Source of the DNA: Terriglobia bacterium
GTDB taxonomy: Bacteria > Acidobacteriota > Terriglobia > Terriglobales > Acidobacteriaceae
NCBI GenBank assembly: GCA_963752375.1
Contig: CAVVYF010000023.1
Span: forward strand, 20,472 to 84,471
Length of the DNA stretch: 64,000 bases
Direction: 5' to 3'
A program made the position numbers and the translations under genes. How positions within the stretch are numbered: position 1 is the stretch's first letter; each line of letters opens with the position of its first letter. Below, one piece after another: positions 57,569 through 64,000 of the stretch. The notes under the pieces were generated by a model. The model made no database searches and was not told the origin of the DNA. It saw only the letters and a program-made list of their open reading frames with translations.

Positions 57569-58353
57569 TGTTTTAGCCACTCCGCGAATAGATCGCGCAG
57601 GGATTGCCTCAGTGGTTCGAATTCTTTTCTCGCAAGCTGTCGATACACCTCTTCGGGGAGATATTCGCGCAGCTCAGCCTCGCAGCGTTTAGGCGTCACT
57701 GCGGCAATTCGTTCATTGATGAAATTGGGATCTTCAAGCCGGTCCGAGACAACTCCGTCTTCTAGATGGAATTTTAGGTTCCCATCCAATCCTGCTCCTG
57801 AGTCCTTCAGGAGCTTAATATCGAAAGCGTCTCTACACTTGACGTTCTTCCTGCCCAGGAAGGCTTCGGCCTTGTGTAGCAGAAGCAAATTTCGGGTTGG
57901 GTATTTGACGATGGCGTCGTCCGTGAGGATCGACTGCTCAACAAGTTCGCTCTTTATGACTGCCGAAGTCCGCGAGACATCAATCGTGAAGAGGGTTCGT
58001 TGGTCTTTAGATTCCACCTTGATTTTGAGAAGATATTCGCTGTCGACAATTACGCTGATTGCCAAGGGAGCGAGTCCGAACGCCTGAGCCACTTCCCCTA
58101 GCGCGGGCGATATGGAATCAATGATCGTCTCGGCACTCGGGGTTTCATCACAGTTGAGCAAGAGATCGATGTCACCGGAATGCCTCTGACTTCCGTAAAA
58201 CAAGACAAGAGTTGCCCCGCCGAAAAGCACAAACGTGTCCGTAAAGCTCGTGAAAAGGCTATGCAGCGCCTCCTCAATGAGCACCAACACAGCGGCAGTT
58301 TCGGCTCGAAACCCTCGGTCTTCGAAGTTTTTCAAACGCTTAGCAAGAGTCAT
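57565..58353 (-). CDS. AbiEii/DUF1814-family nucleotidyltransferase (putative toxin)
   Basis: 262 aa; FVLFGGATLVLFYGSQRHSGDIDLL (NTase G[GS]..DxD) and LLHKAEAFLGRKNVKCRDAFDIKLL, matching conserved AbiEii motifs. Confidence 0.8.
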   Translation of the reverse strand: MTLAKRLKNFEDRGFRAETAAVLVLIEEALHSLFTSFTDTFVLFGGATLVLFYGSQRHSGDIDLLLNCDETPSAETIIDSISPALGEVAQAFGLAPLAISVIVDSEYLLKIKVESKDQRTLFTIDVSRTSAVIKSELVEQSILTDDAIVKYPTRNLLLLHKAEAFLGRKNVKCRDAFDIKLLKDSGAGLDGNLKFHLEDGVVSDRLEDPNFINERIAAVTPKRCEAELREYLPEEVYRQLARKEFEPLRQSLRDLFAEWLKQ

Positions 58354-58364
58354 CGGCGATAATA

Positions 58365-58429
58365 GACATTTATGGTGCTAATCGTAGCACATTGCTAAGA
58401 TTCAAAGCTAAAAAGCGACATTTATGGTG
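58365..58429. promoter_or_regulatory. pair of 13-bp direct repeats upstream of the AbiE-like operon
   Basis: GACATTTATGGTG at 58365-58377 and at 58417-58429, 52 bp start to start, just upstream (minus sense) of the start at 58353. Confidence 0.35.
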
Positions 58430-58518
58430 TCTTTAACCCAGCAAATGCGGCTCTCTGCAAAAAGTCTTTGATTTCAAGGGACTCCGAAAGTTGGCGGAAG
58501 CCTGCGGCGACAACTTCA

Positions 58519-58534
58519 AGTCCGCTGCGTCTGC
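58519..58534 (-). other. 16-nt fragment identical to the tRNA-Leu D-arm/anticodon-stem segment
   Basis: agtccgctgcgtctgc also occurs inside both tRNA copies; flanking bases diverge. Confidence 0.7.
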
Positions 58535-58598
58535 TAAAGATTTTCATCGCATGCGGAGAGCTAGACCAACTAACCGCGTGTTCTATGGGTTTTTGAGG

Positions 58599-58686
58599 TG
58601 GTGCCGGGAGGGGGAGTTGAACCCCCAAGGTACTAAGTACCGGCGGATTTTGAGTCCGCTGCGTCTGCCAGTTCCGCCATCCCGGC
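58599..58686 (-). tRNA. tRNA-Leu(CAA), copy 2
   Basis: Reverse complement GCCGGGATGGCGGAACTGGCAGACGCAGCGGACTCAAAATCCGC...CTCCCGGCACCA; fully Watson-Crick acceptor stem; differs from copy 1 at 2 of 88 positions. Confidence 0.9.
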
Positions 58687-59284
58687 TTGATAGGTCAAGG
58701 GGCGCTGCCAATGGGCCTGCCGCACGTTCAATCTTCAGTTCCCGGTTGCTACGGTATCGCCAACTCTGGTTCTGGTACCGGTTGCATCCCCCGCATCGTC
58801 TTCGGGCAGGGCCTTAGTATCGCATAGCCTTTAGACTGCCGCCAATGGATGCTGGTATCAGGTGATGGCTCACTTTGAAAACCGTCCCTTTCGAGCGGCG
58901 TCATCCTGAGGAACTTCAGTCCCGAAGGATCTGGCGTGCATGGACAGCAAGGCAGGGTTAAAGGGTGTTTCCGCTGCGCGCCGGATCCTTCACGGCCTGA
59001 AGGCCCTTCAGGAAGAAGCCTTTGGGTAAGGGAGAAATTTCGAACTGAGCCACTCCCTGGGATCAACATGGGAAGATTTGGAGTGCCAATCGAATCCCTG
59101 CTTGCTGCCCATCAACTCCCGCCTGCTGATGTCCGCCGGCGAACGTGTGCCTTACAATGCCGGTGAAGTGCTGTTTCTGTTGTATCGTCTTGCGGAGAGA
59201 TCGAGCCCTGGAGCATCATCTTTGCGTTTGTCATATCAGCGGAGGATGGAAAATGGAAACTCCAGCGGCGCGCGGAAGGCGGCC

Positions 59285-60400
59285 ATGAAGCGATCAAGTT
59301 CGGTAATCCTGATTCTGATTCTTGCACTCTCCAGCCCGGTGTTCGCTGTGGCATCGCGCTGGTCCGAGCAAAAGGCCAATGACTGGTACCAGCAGCAGCC
59401 CTGGCTGGTGGGCAGCAATTTCATTCCGGCCAGCGCCATCAACGAACTCGAAATGTGGCAGGCCGATACTTTCGATCCGCAGGAAATCGACAAGGAACTG
59501 GGTTGGGCCCAGGGTCTGGGCATGAACACCATGCGGGTCTTTCTCCATGATCTGCTGTGGCAGCAGGACGCGGCCGGGTTCAAGCACAGGATTGATGCCT
59601 TCCTGACCATCGCTGCCAAACATCACATCCGGCCCGTGTTTGTGCTTTTCGATTCTGTCTGGGACCCTTTCCCCAAGCTTGGCCCGCAACATCCGCCCAT
59701 TCCAGGGGTGCACAATTCGGGTTGGGTGCAGAGTCCGGGAGCGAACGCGCTAAAGGATGAGGCGCAATATCCGCGGCTCAAAGAGTATGTGCAGGGCGTG
59801 GTTGGGGCATTTGCCAATGATCCACGGGTGCTGGCCTGGGACGTGTGGAACGAACCCAACAACGGAAACGGGGGCGCGTACGGTGCGGTGGAATTGAAGA
59901 ACAAAGCTGAACTGGTGTTGGCCCTGTTGCCCCAGGTCTTCGACTGGGCGCGCGCGGCCAATCCGTCACAGCCGCTGACCAGCGGAGTCTGGGAAGGCGA
60001 TTGGTCGTCGCCGGAGAAGTTGTCGGCGACAGCGCGGATCCAACTGGAACAGTCAGACGTGATTTCATTTCACAACTACAGCTGGCCGGAGGATTTCGAA
60101 AAGCGGGTGGAAGAGCTGGAAAGTTATCACCGTCCGATTTTGTGTACCGAATATATGGCGCGTCCCATGGGCAGTACGTTCGACCTGATCTTGCCGATCG
60201 CCAGGAAGCACCATGTCGCGGCGATCAACTGGGGACTGGTCGCGGGCAAGACGCAGACTTACCTGCCCTGGGATTCCTGGGAAAAGCCGTATGTTCTGCA
60301 GAAGCCTCCGGTGTGGTTCCACGAAGTTTTCTATCCCGACGGCAAGCCCTACCGGGAGCGGGAAGCCCAGATCATTCGCGAACTGACCGGAGCGAAGTGA
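59285..60400 (+). CDS. secreted clan GH-A (GH5-like) glycoside hydrolase
   Basis: Signal peptide MKRSSSVILILILALSSPVFA; ...GMNTMRVFLH..., WDVWNEPNN (acid/base Glu), ILCTEYMA (nucleophile Glu candidate). An alternative ATG at 59246 exists. Confidence 0.75.
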   Translation: MKRSSSVILILILALSSPVFAVASRWSEQKANDWYQQQPWLVGSNFIPASAINELEMWQADTFDPQEIDKELGWAQGLGMNTMRVFLHDLLWQQDAAGFKHRIDAFLTIAAKHHIRPVFVLFDSVWDPFPKLGPQHPPIPGVHNSGWVQSPGANALKDEAQYPRLKEYVQGVVGAFANDPRVLAWDVWNEPNNGNGGAYGAVELKNKAELVLALLPQVFDWARAANPSQPLTSGVWEGDWSSPEKLSATARIQLEQSDVISFHNYSWPEDFEKRVEELESYHRPILCTEYMARPMGSTFDLILPIARKHHVAAINWGLVAGKTQTYLPWDSWEKPYVLQKPPVWFHEVFYPDGKPYREREAQIIRELTGAK

Positions 60401-60405
60401 CCGTA

Positions 60406-60540
60406 GTGTGGGTCGGACACTCTTGTCCGACGCCTTTGATGTTGGTTTTGAATTCGGTTTTGATGTTGCTTGTGGGTTTTCTTCATTGCGAAATTCAAGA
60501 GCAAAGTCAAAGGCGTCGGACAAGAGTGTCCGACCCACAC
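60406..60540. repeat. MITE-like element, copy C
   Basis: gtgtgggtcggacactcttgtccgacgcctttgatg... ...caaagtcaaaggcgtcggacaagagtgtccgacccacac; lies between convergent genes. Confidence 0.9.
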
Positions 60541-60572
60541 TTTAACCCACACTTTCTTCACCCACACTTCTC

Positions 60573-61781
60573 TTAAAGCACTCTCTCGTGGGAGTAGCCT
60601 GCAGCCACGAGGGCGGAGAGCAATTCGGCAATCTGGTCCGGGCCCCGGGTTTCCATCGTAATATCGATGGCCGTTTCTCCCAGATTTACGCCGTAGTAGG
60701 CACGATCGTAGGACGTCTCCACGATGTTGGCTCGATGGTCGGCGAGAATCCCGGTCAGGCGGTGGAGCGCGCCGGGGTAGTCAGGAAGATGGACGCGCAA
60801 GCGGACGAGGCGTCCATCCTTTACCAGACCGCGCTCAATGATGCGCGACAGCAGGGTGACGTCCATGTTGCCGCCGCAGACCAGCACCGCAATCTTTTTT
60901 CCCGCCATATGGATCTTGCGATTGATCAGGGCGGCGATGGCGGCTGCGCCGGCGCCTTCGGCCATGGTTTTTTCGCGCTCCAACAGAAGCAGCACGGCGT
61001 TGGCGATTTCTTCTTCGTCCACGGTGACGATGTCGTCCACGTATTTCTGGACCAGCGGCAGAGTGCGGTCGCCGGCCCGGCGAACCGCAATGCCATCGGC
61101 AACGGTGGCGGCCGCGGGCAGAGTCACGGGTTTGCCGGCAGCGACCGCCGCCTTCATCGAGGGCAGCCGCGCCGTCTGTACTCCGATGATCTGAATTTTC
61201 GGATTCGTCTCCTTGATGGCGCAGGCGATGCCGCCGATCAACCCGCCTCCGCCGATGGGGACCACCACCGCTTCGATTTCCGGATGCTGCTGCATCATTT
61301 CAAGTCCCAGTGTTCCCTGCCCGGCGATGACCGCGTCGTCATCGAAGGGGTGGATAAACGTGAGATGTTGCTGCTCACCGCGCCGGATAGCTTCTTCACA
61401 GGCCTCGTCGTAATTGGCGCCGTGAAGAATGACTTCGGCGCCGTAGGATTTTGTCGCGGACACTTTGATCAGGGGCGTGGTGAGCGGCATGCAAATCTGG
61501 GCTTTGATCCCGCGCCGGCCGGCGTGATAGGCCAGTCCCTGCGCGTGGTTCCCCGCCGAGGCCGCAATCACTCCCTGCTCGCGCTCCTGCGCGCTCATGG
61601 TCAGCAGTTTGTTCAGTGCGCCGCGCTCCTTGAAGGCGCCGGTCCGCTGCAGGTTGTCGAGTTTCAGGTAAATGGAATTGCCCGTGAGCTGCGAAAAAGT
61701 GGCGGAGAGAGTGCACGGCGAAAGGTAGATCGAAGGGCGAATACGCTCCAGGGCAGCTTGGACGTCGGCGAGAGTGATCAT
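60573..61781 (-). CDS. ilvA: threonine ammonia-lyase (threonine dehydratase) with one ACT-like domain
   Basis: 402 aa; ...YLKLDNLQRTGAFKERGALNKL (PLP Lys)...SAGNHAQG...GGGGLIGG...; C-terminal regulatory domain. Confidence 0.9.
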   Translation of the reverse strand: MITLADVQAALERIRPSIYLSPCTLSATFSQLTGNSIYLKLDNLQRTGAFKERGALNKLLTMSAQEREQGVIAASAGNHAQGLAYHAGRRGIKAQICMPLTTPLIKVSATKSYGAEVILHGANYDEACEEAIRRGEQQHLTFIHPFDDDAVIAGQGTLGLEMMQQHPEIEAVVVPIGGGGLIGGIACAIKETNPKIQIIGVQTARLPSMKAAVAAGKPVTLPAAATVADGIAVRRAGDRTLPLVQKYVDDIVTVDEEEIANAVLLLLEREKTMAEGAGAAAIAALINRKIHMAGKKIAVLVCGGNMDVTLLSRIIERGLVKDGRLVRLRVHLPDYPGALHRLTGILADHRANIVETSYDRAYYGVNLGETAIDITMETRGPDQIAELLSALVAAGYSHERVL

Positions 61782-61811
61782 GGATTTGGTAGCAGCATTC
61801 TACAGGCATTT

Positions 61812-61888
61812 GTGTGGCGCGGGCGCCCGCGCCCGCGGCTCTGGATGTTGACGGTCAAAAGCCGCGGGCGGGGCGCCCGCGACCACAC
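61812..61888. repeat. gtgtgg(t)cgcggg...cccgcgaccacac palindromic element
   Basis: gtgtggcgcgggcgcccgcgcccgcggctctggatgttgacggtcaaaagccgcgggcggggcgcccgcgaccacac; same family as 39390-39468. Confidence 0.85.
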
Positions 61889-61901
61889 ATGCACTAAACC
61901 A

Positions 61902-63296
61902 TCAAGCCACCACCGGCGCACCCGTCGCTACCGGCAACTTTGCCTCCTGCCAGGCGCCAAATCCGCCGCTGACGTTGACCACGTTCTGAAATCCGGCACG
62001 CTGCAGCAGGCTGCAGGCAATCATGCTGCGATAGCCGCTCTGGCAATGGACCGCCAGCGGAACATTGAGATCAACCTCCGGCGGAGAAATCCGGAAGCGG
62101 TCCAGCGGCCACCAGGCAGCTTCTTCGATGTGACCTGCCATCCACTCTGCTTCCCGGCGCACGTCGAGCGCCTGCATCCCGTTTTTCGCCAGCCCTTCTT
62201 GCAACTCCTGCACCGTGATTTCACGCAACTTTGCCAGATCGAATCCGGCGCGCTTCCAACCGGCAACGCCGCCTTCCAGGTATCCTCGTTCGGCTTCGAT
62301 CCCAACCCGCGCCAGGCGCAGGCGGGCTTCAGTCAACTGCTCCGGCGCATCGGCGATGAGCACGGGGCGCGACGACAAACCGAGAATCGTTCCCGCCCAG
62401 GAAGCGAATTGTCCCGACAATGGAATATTGACGGAGCCGGGCACGTGGCCGGCGGCAAACTGTTCTCCGGGGCGTATATCCAGCGCGATCACGCCCTCGT
62501 CCAGCATGGATTTCAGTTCGGCGGGCGAGACCGCTTTCAACTCCGGTAAGTCGGAGAGCGCGGGCGCTCCTCCGCGATTGATCTCCGCATCCTGCAGGAA
62601 ATATTCGGGACGCGCCGGCAGATTGCTGGTCAACTGTTGGATGAACTCCTCGCGGTTCGGGATTTGCAAAGCGTAGTTGGTGAGGCGTTCCGTACCAATC
62701 GTGGACGAGCGCTCGGCGCGCATATTGCGGCCGCACAGCGAACCTGCGCCGTGGGCGGGATACACCAGCACTTCATCCGGCAGCTTGAGCAGCTTGTCAT
62801 GCAGGCTGTCGTAGAGCATGCCCGCCAGCTGCTGGGGCGTCAGCGTCCGGGAAAGATCGGGACGCCCCACGTCGCCGATAAAGAGCGTGTCCCCGGTCAA
62901 TACGGCCCACGGCTGCGCGGCCTTCTCATCATCACTAGTCACCACCAGGCAGATGCTCTCCATGGTGTGCCCTGGGGTTTCGAGAAACTTGATACGGGCC
63001 TTGCCGAAGGCCAGCTCGGAGCCATCCTGAACGGCAACGTGCGGGAATGTGGCGCCGGCCTGGGCGCCGAAATAAATCCGGGCCCCGGTACGGGCGGCGA
63101 GTTCCTTGTGGCCAGAGACAAAATCGGCGTGGAGGTGGGTCTCGACAATGTGACGGATGGTAAGACCGTTTTCCCGTGCGGCCTTCACATAAAGATCCAC
63201 GTCGCGCTGAGGATCGACCACCACCGCTTCGCCTTCTGACCCGAGCATGTAAGAGGCGTGAGCCAGGCAACCGAGATAAAACTGTTCGAAATACAT
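61902..63296 (-). CDS. MBL-fold hydrolase fused to two rhodanese domains (persulfide dioxygenase-sulfurtransferase type)
   Basis: Start ATG 63296; MYFEQFYLGCLAHASYML...ETHLHADFVSGH (HxHxDH)...; two rhodanese-like C-terminal halves, the last with CQSGYRS. Confidence 0.88.
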   Translation of the reverse strand: MYFEQFYLGCLAHASYMLGSEGEAVVVDPQRDVDLYVKAARENGLTIRHIVETHLHADFVSGHKELAARTGARIYFGAQAGATFPHVAVQDGSELAFGKARIKFLETPGHTMESICLVVTSDDEKAAQPWAVLTGDTLFIGDVGRPDLSRTLTPQQLAGMLYDSLHDKLLKLPDEVLVYPAHGAGSLCGRNMRAERSSTIGTERLTNYALQIPNREEFIQQLTSNLPARPEYFLQDAEINRGGAPALSDLPELKAVSPAELKSMLDEGVIALDIRPGEQFAAGHVPGSVNIPLSGQFASWAGTILGLSSRPVLIADAPEQLTEARLRLARVGIEAERGYLEGGVAGWKRAGFDLAKLREITVQELQEGLAKNGMQALDVRREAEWMAGHIEEAAWWPLDRFRISPPEVDLNVPLAVHCQSGYRSMIACSLLQRAGFQNVVNVSGGFGAWQEAKLPVATGAPVVA

Positions 63297-63343
63297 GCGT
63301 TCATCATAACTCCGAATCGGCCGCGGGCAGTACCAGCGCATGC

Positions 63344-63440
63344 GTAGGCCCGGACGCCCTCGTCCGGGCGGGTCAGCGAAGCTGACCAGGCTCTGGCGAC
63401 GCTTCGCTCCACTGGGCCGATGGGGACATCTGCCCTGCAT
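63344..63440. repeat. double-hairpin unit family
   Basis: cccgga-cgccctcg-tccggg, then ggtcagc-gaa-gctgacc, then gggccgatggggacatctgccctgcatg. Confidence 0.8.
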
Positions 63441-63539
63441 GAAGGTGGAAACTTTTCCACACCGCTTTGAGTTAGAATCGCCGGTAACCGACGTCGCAAC
63501 CTGGAAAGCGCTGCGCCGTCCCTCTCCCGGAGGTAGCTG

Positions 63540-63971
63540 ATGTACCGCTCTTCGTCTGGTAGTGCCGCAAGCGCCAACTCATGGCTGGATGTGCAGTCCG
63601 CCGTCCGCGGACTCACGCAGGATTTCGCCACCGCTTTCAATACTGGGAACTATGACCAGGCGGCAGCCCTGTTTACATCGGACGGCGTTCTGATGCCGCC
63701 GCAACACGAATTGGTGCAGGGACAGAAGCAGATCGAGTTGATGCTGGGAAAACTCGGCGAAACCGGATACCAGAACCTTCGCCTGGAAACGATTCGGGTG
63801 GAGGAGTCGGGCGACATGGCGGTGGAAATAGGCCGCTACACGGCTGCCGTACAACAGGCGAATGGTACGACAGTCGCTGATCGGGGCAAGTTTGTGCAAG
63901 TCTGGCGCCGGCTGGGAATCTGGCGGATGACATCGAATTGCTGGAACAGCGACCTGCCCACACTAAAATGA
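63540..63971 (+). CDS. SnoaL-like/DUF4440 (NTF2-fold) protein
   Basis: 143 aa with a GGAGG RBS; ...FATAFNTGNYDQAAALFTSDGVLMPP......GRYT...GKFVQVWRR..GIWRM pattern of DUF4440/SgcJ-like proteins. Confidence 0.7.
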   Translation: MYRSSSGSAASANSWLDVQSAVRGLTQDFATAFNTGNYDQAAALFTSDGVLMPPQHELVQGQKQIELMLGKLGETGYQNLRLETIRVEESGDMAVEIGRYTAAVQQANGTTVADRGKFVQVWRRLGIWRMTSNCWNSDLPTLK

Positions 63972-64000
63972 CCTGCCCGTGTGGACGCGGGCGACCTCGC

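Larger units (their letters stand above)
56682..58598. mobile_element. AT-richer 1.9-kb islet between two tRNA-Leu(CAA) copies (integrase-less)
   Basis: Bounded exactly by two 88-nt direct repeats (the tRNAs, 86/88 identical). Composition is visibly lower in GC than the flanks. Cargo is an AbiE-like gene pair; no recombinase ORF. Confidence 0.5.

Noticed and set aside
58480-58590. A third, complete tRNA gene between the NTase gene and tRNA copy 2
   Set aside because: I could not fold a cloverleaf on either strand (no complementary acceptor or T stems). Only the 16-nt fragment is tRNA-identical.
60588-62549. 653-aa plus-strand ORF
   Set aside because: It is an antisense shadow of ilvA and the MBL-rhodanese gene. 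Composition is dominated by R/G/A/H/D with no recognisable motifs. High GC suppresses stop codons on the opposite strand.

Overview
GC-rich (roughly 60% by eye) bacterial chromosomal segment. Gene content and the dense intergenic palindromic repeats suggest an Acidobacteriota-like soil bacterium; this is inference only. I support about 59 protein-coding genes, two near-identical tRNA-Leu(CAA) genes, and at least six families of hairpin or MITE-like repeats that fill most intergenic spaces. Most genes are housekeeping or metabolic: lpxD plus an LpxL-like acyltransferase, a TolC-like OMP, truA, two aldehyde dehydrogenases, HtrA, ilvD, ilvA, pncB, bfr and several secreted peptidases. There is also a Tat-exported molybdo-flavo-FeS hydroxylase operon with its own cytochrome b. 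Accessory content: (i) a RES/Xre(DUF2384) type II toxin-antitoxin pair at 18.9-20.0 kb. (ii) An AT-richer 1.9-kb islet at 56.7-58.6 kb, bracketed by the two tRNA-Leu copies. It carries an AbiE-like nucleotidyltransferase/AbiEi pair in reversed (toxin-first) order with no integrase, and is my top candidate for something new. (iii) An orphan two-gene cassette (92-aa helical protein plus a 3-TM protein) at 53.7-54.65 kb. Other points: two apparent +1 frameshifts (a MobB-like P-loop gene and the FAD subunit of the hydroxylase); a LuxR-type response regulator lacking the phospho-acceptor Asp; a candidate sigma-54-driven sRNA with its own terminator at 40.9-41.1 kb; and repeat families with conserved flanks but fully co-varying stems. 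Many long ORFs in the six-frame track are antisense shadows of real genes and were rejected.
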